Shown: positions 1 to 8,265 of the stretch, in pieces
How the letters are laid out: the number at the start of each line of letters is the position of its first letter
Position numbering within the stretch: the first letter of the stretch is position 1
Notes under the pieces: model-generated
Databases searched by the model: none
What the model saw: the letters and a program-made list of their open reading frames with translations, nothing else
Told to the model about the DNA's origin: nothing
Program-made: the position numbers and the translations under genes
Virus record (IMG/VR): IMGVR_UViG_2778261499_000013
Location: 1-26,747 of that record
Length of the DNA: 26,747 nt
Reading direction: 5' to 3' (one strand)
Origin: a virus
Lineage: Duplodnaviria; Heunggongvirae; Uroviricota; Caudoviricetes

Positions 1-1158
1 ATGCTCACCGTTAAGCAGATTGAAGCAGCAAAGCCGAAAGAAAAACCATACCGCCTTCTCGATGGTAATGGCCTGTACCTTTATGTTCCTGTATCCGGGA
101 AAAAGGTATGGCAGCTTCGCTACAAGATTGACGGTAAGGAGAAAATCCTGACCGTCGGAAAATATCCGCTTATGACTTTGCAGGAAGCAAGGGATAAGGC
201 ATGGACTGCGAGGAAAGACATCTCGGTTGGCATCGATCCGGTAAAGGCGAAAAAGGCTTCGTCTAACAACAATTCATTTAGTGCGATTTACAAGGAGTGG
301 TACGAGCACAAGAAGCAAGTCTGGTCAGTAGGCTATGCAACTGAACTTGCCAAAATGTTTGATGACGACATTTTACCCATCATCGGCGGCCTTGAAATTC
401 AGGATATTGAGCCGATGCAACTGCTGGAAGTAATCCGCAGATTTGAAGATCGCGGCGCAATGGAGAGAGCCAACAAAGCCCGCAGAAGATGCGGCGAGGT
501 TTTCCGTTACGCTATTGTTACTGGTAGGGCTAAATATAACCCGGCACCTGACCTTGCTGACGCCATGAAGGGATACCGCAAGAAGAACTTCCCGTTTCTT
601 CCTGCCGACCAGATCCCGGCATTCAACAAAGCACTGGCAACATTTTCAGGAAGTATTGTATCGCTCATTGCGACCAAAGTTTTACGCTACACAGCCCTAA
701 GAACGAAAGAGCTTCGTTCCATGCAATGGAAGAACGTCGATTTTGAAAACAGGATTATCACTATCGACGCCAGTGTGATGAAGGGCCGCAAGATTCATGT
801 TGTTCCTATGTCAGACCAGGTGGTTGAACTTCTCACTACGCTAAGCTCAATCACCAAACCAGTCTCAGAGTTTGTTTTTGCCGGGCGCAACGATAAGAAG
901 AAGCCAATCTGCGAGAACGCGGTATTGCTTGTGATCAAACAAATTGGCTATGAAGGGCTGGAAAGCGGTCACGGATTCAGGCATGAATTCAGCACGATTA
1001 TGAACGAGCACGAATGGCCTGCTGATGCTATTGAAGTGCAACTGGCACATGCCAACGGCGGATCTGTGCGCGGTATTTACAACCATGCGCAGTATCTCGA
1101 TAAGCGCAGAGAAATGATGCAGTGGTGGGCGGACTGGCTTGATGAAAAGGTGGAGTGA
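1..1158 (+). CDS. int: Tyrosine site-specific integrase, P4/Sf6-type
   Basis: 385-aa ORF starting at base 1; N-terminus MLTVKQIEAAKPKEKPYRLLDGNGLYL and C-terminal region GHGFRHEF...HANGGSVRGIYNHAQY resemble P4-family phage integrases (catalytic R/H/Y region). Confidence 0.9.
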   Translation: MLTVKQIEAAKPKEKPYRLLDGNGLYLYVPVSGKKVWQLRYKIDGKEKILTVGKYPLMTLQEARDKAWTARKDISVGIDPVKAKKASSNNNSFSAIYKEWYEHKKQVWSVGYATELAKMFDDDILPIIGGLEIQDIEPMQLLEVIRRFEDRGAMERANKARRRCGEVFRYAIVTGRAKYNPAPDLADAMKGYRKKNFPFLPADQIPAFNKALATFSGSIVSLIATKVLRYTALRTKELRSMQWKNVDFENRIITIDASVMKGRKIHVVPMSDQVVELLTTLSSITKPVSEFVFAGRNDKKKPICENAVLLVIKQIGYEGLESGHGFRHEFSTIMNEHEWPADAIEVQLAHANGGSVRGIYNHAQYLDKRREMMQWWADWLDEKVE

Positions 1159-1236
1159 TCCACCTTAACCATTATCGAAGAGCACAAAGCCTTGCAATCA
1201 AGTACAAGGATTTGCAATTCACTTCATTTACAAAGT
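1159..1236. other. Candidate attP-containing gap between convergent int and tailspike genes
   Basis: Only 78 bp separate the int stop (1156-1158) from the tailspike stop (1237-1239); in P22-like phages attP lies between the tailspike region and int. No tRNA-like 3' end seen. Confidence 0.3.
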
Positions 1237-3399
1237 TTATTCACATAAAGATATTGATGCCAATATAAACATTGCAAGTTCGTCATATCTTATACCATAA
1301 CTTTCACAAAAGATATCTATATTTCCAGTCATGTGTTCGCGATGCGTTTTATCGTGACACCAAAACCCATACTTACTAGGATCAAGTCCGTGCTTCCTCA
1401 TTATATTACCAACAGTTTGAGCTCCAACACCAAAATGCCACCTAGCACCATCAAATCCCTTTACCTCAACAGAATCCAGCATCTTAAACTTTTTAATATT
1501 ATCTTTTATTTCTAGTGCAGCTTTTTTTTCAGCAACATCAATGTCTGTTAGTTTTGTTTTCAACATTTCATTTGATGTATTTATCATTCCTGTAGTTGCA
1601 TATATTGTTTTATATCTCGCATCCGGCCCACCAATATCAAAAGCATTATCAATTTGTGGTGTAATTTTCCCATAATGAAAGAATAATTCATGCTCACTAT
1701 TACCTATAGCTACAGTATTCTGAGCGGCAATTACCCCACTACCGATAGCTACTGCGTTACTTCCGGTTGATTTTGTATTATCTCCGAGAAGGACGCAGTT
1801 TGTCACATCTGTAGCCTGCTCTGACACGTTACCAGAATTAGAACCTAAAAATACATTGAAAGATCCAGCCGTTACTTTAAACCCTGCATCGAATCCAATA
1901 CCAACATTATCAGATCCTGATGCAGAATATAGCGCCTCGTAACCTATAGCTGTATTATTATTACCTAACGCGTTGAAACCCGACTTAGCCCCTACCGCAA
2001 CACAATACTGGATAGACACCCCCGTAGGAAAACTGGAATTACCGCCACGTAACGCATATTCACCAAAAGCGGTGTTCTCATTACCAGCACTGTTGTGATA
2101 CAAGGCCTGCACACCTGCCGCAGTATTCCCAAATCCTGTTTTGTTATACCTGTTAGTATCATTACCAATACCAGTATTACCGTAGCCTGTTGTGTTTGCA
2201 CATAACGCAAAAACCCCAACCGCTACGTTATCAGAACCAGATACGTTAGCTCTTAGAGAATCAGCACCGTATGCACAATTGTTTTTACCAGTCTTATTGT
2301 TTTCCATAGACTGAATCCCAGACGCGGTATTTGCGTATCCTGTAGTGTTTGAGTGCAAACTCTTCCACCCATATGCGGTATTGTTAGCTCCTACGTTTCC
2401 ACCGCCTAATGAGTCTTTTCCAGCGGAAGTATTAGTATCATTGTTTCCGCTAACATTAAAAATAACGCTTCCTGATTTAACGATGCTGCCACTTCCTGTG
2501 TTTATTACTGATGGATTGGAAGGAATGAAAAATGACCATGAGTCATTTACTGTATGTCCAGTGGTTGAAGAAAAGTTTATCTTCAATCCACTTACGAAAA
2601 AATCCACCCCACCTGCAAGTATTACGATTGGTTGCTGAGATACACTGTCATCGATTGGGTTGTACACGTCTATCGTGTCACGCCATGTAACTCCATTATC
2701 TGTACTGAATTCAAGCTTATCAGGATTTGAAGCTTCTTTTATTCTTACAATTGCATTTAGATCTTGCTGTCCATTGTATATTCCTGACACGGTCATGTCG
2801 TTAACACCAGAGCCAGAATATTTAGTCTGGTAATTAATCACTACTATGCCAGGCCCCCAATATCTCTTATTTAAGTTAATATTATTTACATTATAAATAC
2901 CATCAGGAATGTATATGTCATTGAATTCTGATATCTCTGCATCGTTAAATGCCTGCGTATTGTTTGTTAATCCATCACCAATAGCACCAAAAAAAGTAAT
3001 AGGCTTCGAAACACCACCTATCAATCCTGCTCCACCAGATGATTCAAGCTCCAACCTTAATTGATCCGGCTCATACTTCAACACATTAGGAAAATAGAAC
3101 TGCTGTGCACCATATACATCATAAACAGCCATAGAATGGCCTTGCACAGTTACGAATTTGGCAATCTGTCCGTTATATACAGGGTAACCAGCGGCGTTAA
3201 TGATGATTGGTTGCGAAACAGGAACGTGAGAACCGTCTTCGTTCTCTACATAAACCTGAATCTGGTTTTCAGGATTTACCGGGTCAGTGTCAATTTTACC
3301 GATATAAATTTTTCCATTAGCTACGGCTTTAAAAGAACGAGCCATAGTGAAGAGTTGCGAAGGCATACTCACTACAACATTGGCTGTAATGTCTGTCAT
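1237..3399 (-). CDS. Tailspike/tail fiber: P22 gp9-like head-binding N-domain, Gly/Asn/Thr-rich repeat domain, C-terminal chaperone-like domain
   Basis: 720-aa ORF; N-terminus [46 protein letters not shown] closely matches my recollection of the P22 tailspike head-binding domain; central GNTxxG/NTAxG repeats; C-terminal ~100 aa ([26 protein letters not shown]...) resembles intramolecular chaperone domains of endosialidase-type fibers. Confidence 0.85.
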   Translation of the reverse strand: MTDITANVVVSMPSQLFTMARSFKAVANGKIYIGKIDTDPVNPENQIQVYVENEDGSHVPVSQPIIINAAGYPVYNGQIAKFVTVQGHSMAVYDVYGAQQFYFPNVLKYEPDQLRLELESSGGAGLIGGVSKPITFFGAIGDGLTNNTQAFNDAEISEFNDIYIPDGIYNVNNINLNKRYWGPGIVVINYQTKYSGSGVNDMTVSGIYNGQQDLNAIVRIKEASNPDKLEFSTDNGVTWRDTIDVYNPIDDSVSQQPIVILAGGVDFFVSGLKINFSSTTGHTVNDSWSFFIPSNPSVINTGSGSIVKSGSVIFNVSGNNDTNTSAGKDSLGGGNVGANNTAYGWKSLHSNTTGYANTASGIQSMENNKTGKNNCAYGADSLRANVSGSDNVAVGVFALCANTTGYGNTGIGNDTNRYNKTGFGNTAAGVQALYHNSAGNENTAFGEYALRGGNSSFPTGVSIQYCVAVGAKSGFNALGNNNTAIGYEALYSASGSDNVGIGFDAGFKVTAGSFNVFLGSNSGNVSEQATDVTNCVLLGDNTKSTGSNAVAIGSGVIAAQNTVAIGNSEHELFFHYGKITPQIDNAFDIGGPDARYKTIYATTGMINTSNEMLKTKLTDIDVAEKKAALEIKDNIKKFKMLDSVEVKGFDGARWHFGVGAQTVGNIMRKHGLDPSKYGFWCHDKTHREHMTGNIDIFCESYGIRYDELAMFILASISLCE

Positions 3400-3457
3400 T
3401 TAATTTGCTCCAGATACAAGGAATCGCCGCAGCATGGCTACGGTGAATTTTGGGCAT

Positions 3458-3481
3458 AAAAAAACCCAGCCGAAGCTGGGT
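3458..3481 (-). terminator. Intrinsic terminator between antirepressor and tailspike
   Basis: Minus-strand RNA ACCCAGC-UUCG-GCUGGGU followed by U7; perfect 7-bp stem with UUCG tetraloop. Confidence 0.7.
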
Positions 3482-3499
3482 CGTTGCGTTGGTTATCTG

Positions 3500-4390
3500 T
3501 CAGTAGTTATGTACTGAAGGAGGTAATTCTTTATTCTTAAGTCTCATCCATGCGGAAAGATTCGTTGGTCCGTCTGGCTCATTAATATCAACATCTCGTG
3601 TGTGGTTTATTAAAACGTCTCTCGCCATTCCGATAACATACGAGAACTCATGACCGTAGTCGTAGCATCTGCCGGAATAGTTCGATTGAATTTGTTTTAA
3701 TGCCGGATACAGTTCGCGGAATAATGCCTGTGAGCGGTTGGCATAATCCCATAACCATACAAGGCTGTTTGCTTCTTTTGCAGAAAGCTCGTTTGCTTTC
3801 TTCTCTTGTTTGCCGATTAACTCGCCTTCAAGCACTACCCTGTGGATGTACTCTACGGCCAGCGGGATTTGTTCAATTGAAAGTTCATCAATGCTGTCAA
3901 TACCAAAACGCTGATGAACCATATTGTATGCATCGTCATAGCGAAGTCCTTTCTTTCCTACCAGCATGTTTACTGCATCGCGTAGCGGTGTGCGTTCAGC
4001 TACTGAAGTTTTACCTCCAATAGCCTTCCTCTCTTGTGTGGCAGTAACCATTGCGTCATATGCACGGATAACCTTCAGCGCAAAGGCTGCGCTAATCCAC
4101 ATAGCGTAGGAGTAAACAAGCTCCTTGCACACGTAGGTTCCACCATATCGACCTTTCTTAGAAAGGACGGGATTCTTATTCTGCATATCCGCAGAATTAA
4201 AAATTTCATTAATCAATTCAATAGTTTCATTTCTACGCATGAAGAAAGCTGGCTGATGTTTTTCCTCCTTCCCAGACGCTACATGAAGGTCATTAAGCGA
4301 GTAACGCCCCTCTGAATCCATATGAATCTTGACGTCAGAAATGATGATGCTATTAGTGCAATTTACAGTTGACTTTGCTAAGCTTGACAT
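3500..4390 (-). CDS. ant: Antirepressor-like protein with KilA-N domain
   Basis: ORF with KilA-N-like N-terminal region ([36 protein letters not shown]); sits where P22 ant sits (downstream of arc, upstream of tailspike). Start uncertain: ATG at 4390 (AGGT 10 nt upstream) versus TTG at 4456 overlapping the upstream stop. Confidence 0.65.
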   Translation of the reverse strand: MSSLAKSTVNCTNSIIISDVKIHMDSEGRYSLNDLHVASGKEEKHQPAFFMRRNETIELINEIFNSADMQNKNPVLSKKGRYGGTYVCKELVYSYAMWISAAFALKVIRAYDAMVTATQERKAIGGKTSVAERTPLRDAVNMLVGKKGLRYDDAYNMVHQRFGIDSIDELSIEQIPLAVEYIHRVVLEGELIGKQEKKANELSAKEANSLVWLWDYANRSQALFRELYPALKQIQSNYSGRCYDYGHEFSYVIGMARDVLINHTRDVDINEPDGPTNLSAWMRLKNKELPPSVHNY

Positions 4391-4452
4391 ATCAATAATA
4401 CCTCGTAAGTTTTGTTGATACCGAAGCCCTGACTGTTCCAGCAGTTGGGGCT

Positions 4453-4722
4453 TCAACGTTTTTCCACTTCATTTTGAATTTGCTTAAGTAGCATATTTGT
4501 CTCGTCAAGCCTCTTGTTAATACGGTCAAGGCTTTCTACTAAATCGTTATGTGCATGTGATACTTCGTAATTTGAGACTGATTTTTTTTCCTCTATCGTC
4601 TTTGTCAATCGTTCCCCTGATTGATACATATTGATTAACGATGTAAAAATCACGAGCAAGCAAACTACAATGATTGCGCCAGACAAAAATTGTAAAGAAC
4701 GATCAAGCAATGACACCTTCAT
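4453..4722 (-). CDS. Small membrane-anchored coiled-coil protein inserted between arc and ant
   Basis: 89-aa ORF; its ATG overlaps the arc stop (ATGA); hydrophobic segment [21 protein letters not shown] followed by a charged, heptad-like C-terminal region; no family recognised. Confidence 0.6.
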   Translation of the reverse strand: MKVSLLDRSLQFLSGAIIVVCLLVIFTSLINMYQSGERLTKTIEEKKSVSNYEVSHAHNDLVESLDRINKRLDETNMLLKQIQNEVEKR

Positions 4723-4877
4723 ACCGTAATCCCCTCTCTCTTCAGGCTGTCCATCACTCGCTTGTAAATCTCAGAGTTAACAGATCGCCCGTTCTCTTCA
4801 GCTACCTTGCGTACCAAATCCAATACTTCTTTAGGCCACCGCAAATTGAACTGCGGCATTTTGCTCATTCCTTTCAT
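4719..4877 (-). CDS. arc: Arc repressor (ribbon-helix-helix)
   Basis: Below the 60-aa ORF track cutoff; translated by hand: [52 protein letters not shown] (52 aa), near-identical to P22 Arc as I recall it; GAGG Shine-Dalgarno upstream. Confidence 0.9.
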   Translation of the reverse strand: MKGMSKMPQFNLRWPKEVLDLVRKVAEENGRSVNSEIYKRVMDSLKREGITV

Positions 4878-4891
4878 GTTCACCTCACATT

Positions 4892-4912
4892 ATAGGTCCA
4901 CCGTGGACCTAT
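4892..4912. promoter_or_regulatory. Mnt operator (perfect 21-bp palindrome)
   Basis: ATAGGTCCACCGTGGACCTAT is a perfect palindrome containing the P22 Omnt core AGGTCCACCGTGGACCT. Confidence 0.85.
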
Positions 4913-4940
4913 TGAGAATATAGTAGAGTGCTTCTATCAT
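4912..4940 (+). promoter_or_regulatory. Pmnt-like promoter
   Basis: Plus strand TTGAGA (4912-4917), 17-bp spacer, TATCAT (4935-4940); overlaps Pant divergently; GGAG Shine-Dalgarno 7 nt before the mnt ATG. Confidence 0.55.
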
Positions 4941-4945
4941 GTCAA
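4917..4945 (-). promoter_or_regulatory. Pant-like promoter driving arc-orf89-ant
   Basis: Minus strand TTGACA (4945-4940), 17-bp spacer, TATATT (4922-4917); the Arc operator fills the spacer and the Mnt operator covers the predicted start site. Confidence 0.7.
4920..4940. promoter_or_regulatory. Arc operator
   Basis: ATAGTAGAGTGCTTCTATCAT is the reverse complement of the 21-bp P22 arc operator ATGATAGAAGCACTCTACTAT as I recall it. Confidence 0.85.
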
Positions 4946-4967
4946 TACACTAACTTGGAGTGATGGC

Positions 4968-5225
4968 ATGGCTAGAGATGATCCGCACTTTAACTTCCGT
5001 ATGCCTTTGGAAGTAAGAGAAAAATTGAAATTAAGAGCCGAGGCTAACGGAAGGTCAATGAACTCTGAGTTATTACAAATCGTTCAGGATGCTCTCTCAA
5101 AGCCATCACCGATTGCAGGCTATCGCAACGAAGCTGAACGCTTGGCTGATGAACATTCGGATATCGTAAAAAATATGGTATTCGAAACTTTAAAAAAACT
5201 TTATGGAAAAGAAAAGAATGAGTAA
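4968..5225 (+). CDS. mnt: Mnt maintenance repressor (ribbon-helix-helix)
   Basis: 85-aa ORF MARDDPHFNFRMPLEVREKLKLRAEANGRSMNSELLQIVQDALSK... matches my recollection of P22 Mnt almost residue for residue. Confidence 0.92.
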   Translation: MARDDPHFNFRMPLEVREKLKLRAEANGRSMNSELLQIVQDALSKPSPIAGYRNEAERLADEHSDIVKNMVFETLKKLYGKEKNE

Positions 5226-5487
5226 TAAAGAGCTTGTTAAAAAATCAAATAACTGTGTCGATGCATATGCTGACTCATTTGGATACTCTTCGTTTGGTGA
5301 CGGTTCCCAGCGATTAGGTTCAATTTCTTTTTTTCATAATGTAACTGAATGGCCTGTTGATGAAAGCGGTGATGTTGAAAACATAAAGTACAATATTGCC
5401 ACCATTAGAATGCCTGAAGAATTGATGCTTAAATTGGCGGACTTCATTCGCGACCAACATTATAAGGCTAAAACAAACGAGTCGTAA
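5218..5487 (+). CDS. Hypothetical small protein with Arc/Mnt-like RMPEEL segment
   Basis: ORF overlapping the mnt 3' end (ATG at 5218 preferred over 5203 by purine-rich upstream context); C-terminal NIATIRMPEELMLKLADFIRDQ resembles the beta-strand and first helix of Arc/Mnt. Confidence 0.5.
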   Translation: MSNKELVKKSNNCVDAYADSFGYSSFGDGSQRLGSISFFHNVTEWPVDESGDVENIKYNIATIRMPEELMLKLADFIRDQHYKAKTNES

Positions 5488-5490
5488 TCA

Positions 5491-5940
5491 ATGATGAAAC
5501 ACGATTATTACGAAGCTCCAAATCTAACTGAAAAGCTTGAACAAGCGGAAAAATCATCATCTTTGTACACAAATCCAATTTCTCAGTCATCAGGAATGTC
5601 TGGCATGAATATGGGCATGCTACAATCAAGTGGTGGTGGAGCTGGGAGTAACAACATGCTTGAGGCTAGGGTTGCACGGTTAGAGGCAGATGTTGAAAAC
5701 ATTAAGACCAATCTATCTGAGGCAAGGTCTGACATCTCTCGTTTGCGTGATATCTCAGCTGATACATCCAGAGATGTTGCGGTGGTCCTGCAAAAAATAG
5801 TAGATGTAGACGAAAAATTATCAAAAAAACCGAGTAAGAGCGAAGTCCAGACATTGATATCTTCTGCAGTAAACAAGCAAATACTATGGACCATAGGGAC
5901 TGGATTTGCTCTTTTAGGGATAGCTAAATATATATTTTAG
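5491..5940 (+). CDS. Hypothetical tail-anchored coiled-coil membrane protein
   Basis: 149 aa; Ser/Gly/Met-rich low-complexity N-terminus, heptad-like central region (LEARVARLEADVENIKTNLSEARSDISRLRDI), single C-terminal hydrophobic helix ILWTIGTGFALLGIAKYIF; starts 3 nt after the previous stop. Confidence 0.6.
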   Translation: MMKHDYYEAPNLTEKLEQAEKSSSLYTNPISQSSGMSGMNMGMLQSSGGGAGSNNMLEARVARLEADVENIKTNLSEARSDISRLRDISADTSRDVAVVLQKIVDVDEKLSKKPSKSEVQTLISSAVNKQILWTIGTGFALLGIAKYIF

Positions 5941-6009
5941 CTCACCTCATCAGCTATCTTCTTGTTCCATTCACTCAGTGCCACTGCAAGGAAAACTAAG
6001 GAGGTTAGT

Positions 6010-6399
6010 GTGAAGCGATTTCTTGCTGGTATGTTTTTATTCATATCTTTTGGGGCTACAGCAGAATGCTGGGTTGTTGGAGATATGCGCGGAATAAGCT
6101 ATTCAGAACGAAATAATTTCCAACCGGAAGAAGATGGTTTTAGTGGAACATTTATCATTAAGACAAGCGGTGAAGATGCCAGCATCACATATTCTGGGAC
6201 GGATGCTGGCGGCATGGCTTACAAAGCATTGTCTAAAAACTCCATCATAGGAATCGGCGCGAATGGCGAAACTCAACGAGTTATCGACTCATGGGTAATA
6301 CATCCTAATGGAACAGTTTTAATGTCGAAAACCATTTCTGGTTATGGAAACATGGATTCAACCAAAGCTTTTGTTGGAAAAGTAAAAAGAAAATGTTAA
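6010..6399 (+). CDS. Hypothetical secreted (periplasmic) protein
   Basis: GTG start 5 nt after a strong Shine-Dalgarno TAAGGAGGT (5997-6005); predicted signal peptide KRFLAGMFLFISFGATA with AxA cleavage site; mature protein about 110 aa with Cys near both ends. The ORF-track ATG at 5962 lacks a Shine-Dalgarno. Confidence 0.6.
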   Translation: MKRFLAGMFLFISFGATAECWVVGDMRGISYSERNNFQPEEDGFSGTFIIKTSGEDASITYSGTDAGGMAYKALSKNSIIGIGANGETQRVIDSWVIHPNGTVLMSKTISGYGNMDSTKAFVGKVKRKC

Positions 6400-6423
6400 C
6401 GATTGAATCCAATTTCCCATACG

Positions 6424-8265
6424 TTACTGCTGTGTTGCCTCAGTGGCAAGCAGCGGTCTGATGGCATTTGCAGCGTTACTTAATGCTCTTTCATAGGCTG
6501 GCGTTCCAGCTTTAGTGTTTGCCAGACGTAAGAGAGCATTCCTTGCTGCTTTGGACTCATACAAGCGCATCATTGCACCGAAACCAGCCTCAAGCCCCAT
6601 TGATACGCCAAGAGTCGCAGTTGCGCCAATCGTCCTTATCCTATTGGCTTGCGATTGCCCCGTCTGAGTTACTACATTTGCGGTGTCTGACCTTGCTGTT
6701 TGCTGTAGAACTTCATGAAGAGCATCAAGCTCTTTCATGTGCTTTCCAGAAAAAATAGTGTTGTAAATTTCACCGCCTGACTGAGATTTCAGCTTATTAA
6801 CTTCAGTGATGAACTTGGCTGGAGAGTCACCGGCCTTTTCCGCTATTTTGCTGACGTAAGCTGCACGCATAGCATCTTTCCCTTTATCATCCAATGCGCT
6901 CCAGATTCGTTTCACGTCAGATGGTTTTCTGCTTAATACAACGGTATTTATAAGTTCAGGACTGGCTTCACTGCTTGCCTTGTTGAGCTTGTTAGCAATG
7001 TTTTTATTAAGCACCTTATTATAAACGTTTGCATAATCGGAATTTGCTTTAAGGTATTTTGCTGCGTCTGATGCACCGAGGTTTTTTGCAACTGCGTTAC
7101 GAAGATCTTTTGACATTGCATTCTCTACCATATTGGTAGCTGCTTTTGCCTGGTTGGGGAAGACCATAGCATCTCCCTGAACATTAGATCTAAATGCTGT
7201 TCTGTGCTGACGCAAGAGATCAAACGTAACATCCAAATCAGTTGCAGGGTTTGCTAATTCTTCACGTAGGTTACGCAAGGATGTAAGCAGGCTTTGATTG
7301 GCAGACGTCCCAAGCCGTTCCTGTCTTGCGATCGCTGTATTCAGAGCATTCATGGTATTTGTGGTATCAACTGCGGCATTACCCATTTTATTGGTGACGT
7401 CATTGATAACAGCGCCAGCGGCATCCTTCCGCCCCCTTAACGTGGTGGTCAGAGATTTCACCACATCATCAGGGTTGTACTCACCAAAACGGTCAAAATA
7501 ATTGCTTACCAGCTTACTACGCGTTGCATATTGCTCCGCACGCTTTGAACCTGTCCCTAGCAAAGCCCCCTCAGCATCCTGAGTAAGGCCACGAGTGAAA
7601 GCATTTTTCGGCGTGATTACATCAGATGTCATAGGTGTCACGCCCATCGATTCTGATGTGGCAATTTTTTTCGCTACTTCTGGCGCAATATCGCCTTTTA
7701 TAGCCGTTATTCCACGACCTATTCCCTTTGCTGCTGCGGAAAGAACACCCTGAGCAGCAAGGTTAACTCCGGCATTTTTAGCTGCATTTTGTGCGAAATC
7801 GCCTTTCTGATTTGCGGCCTCTGCCAGTGATCCAATAGCCATGCTTCCTGCCGTTCCAACTCCTGGAACTAAATACCCGCCAATTGTTTCTCCAGCTTGC
7901 GCATAAGGGTCTGTTGGTCGATCTACTGGACGATAGACATCGTCCAAAACCTTGGGGCCACCAAGCCCCTGGCTGATTGCATTAATCAGACTTGCGCCAC
8001 CCTGCAATACGTCAAATGGTATGTTTACCAGACCACGACCAGCCTGCTCTGCAATTTGCCCTGCACTTTGACCACCTGTGAGCCAATCGCCAGCTTGTTG
8101 CATCAATGATGGTTCTTCACGTGCTGGTTCATTATTGGCCTGATTAACTGTTTGTTGCTGAACAGCCTGACCAGCAAAATACTCATCAATGGCGGTGCCA
8201 ATATCTTCCGTGCTCGTACCATCAGGGAAGGTAAATGTCTTACCGTTTGCAGTTACTTTCATCAT
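6424..8265 (-). CDS. Ejection/internal virion protein, P22 gp16-like
   Basis: 613-aa ORF at the position and size of P22 gene 16 (609 aa), last gene of the late operon; start overlaps the upstream stop. Confidence 0.8.
   Translation of the reverse strand: MMKVTANGKTFTFPDGTSTEDIGTAIDEYFAGQAVQQQTVNQANNEPAREEPSLMQQAGDWLTGGQSAGQIAEQAGRGLVNIPFDVLQGGASLINAISQGLGGPKVLDDVYRPVDRPTDPYAQAGETIGGYLVPGVGTAGSMAIGSLAEAANQKGDFAQNAAKNAGVNLAAQGVLSAAAKGIGRGITAIKGDIAPEVAKKIATSESMGVTPMTSDVITPKNAFTRGLTQDAEGALLGTGSKRAEQYATRSKLVSNYFDRFGEYNPDDVVKSLTTTLRGRKDAAGAVINDVTNKMGNAAVDTTNTMNALNTAIARQERLGTSANQSLLTSLRNLREELANPATDLDVTFDLLRQHRTAFRSNVQGDAMVFPNQAKAATNMVENAMSKDLRNAVAKNLGASDAAKYLKANSDYANVYNKVLNKNIANKLNKASSEASPELINTVVLSRKPSDVKRIWSALDDKGKDAMRAAYVSKIAEKAGDSPAKFITEVNKLKSQSGGEIYNTIFSGKHMKELDALHEVLQQTARSDTANVVTQTGQSQANRIRTIGATATLGVSMGLEAGFGAMMRLYESKAARNALLRLANTKAGTPAYERALSNAANAIRPLLATEATQQ

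Noticed and set aside
865-1086. 73-aa minus-strand ORF inside the integrase gene
   Set aside because: Fully nested antisense within a confidently identified integrase; no independent support
1149-1164. Hairpin GGTGGA-GTGA-TCCACC at the integrase stop codon as a terminator
   Set aside because: No U-tract follows on either strand, so it is not a canonical intrinsic terminator; it may still be part of the att region
1100-1300. tRNA-derived attachment core in the int-tailspike gap
   Set aside because: No GGTTCGA-TCC-like T-arm or CCA-terminal tRNA 3' end on either strand
5583-5894. 103-aa minus-strand ORF antisense to the tail-anchored membrane protein gene
   Set aside because: Opposes the co-oriented mnt-linked cassette, has no start context and a low-complexity translation
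6400-6423. Bidirectional terminator between the convergent secreted-protein gene and gp16
   Set aside because: The 24-bp gap has no stable hairpin or U-tract; the nearby inverted repeat TTGCC-TCAGT-GGCAA lies inside the gp16 coding sequence and lacks a U-run
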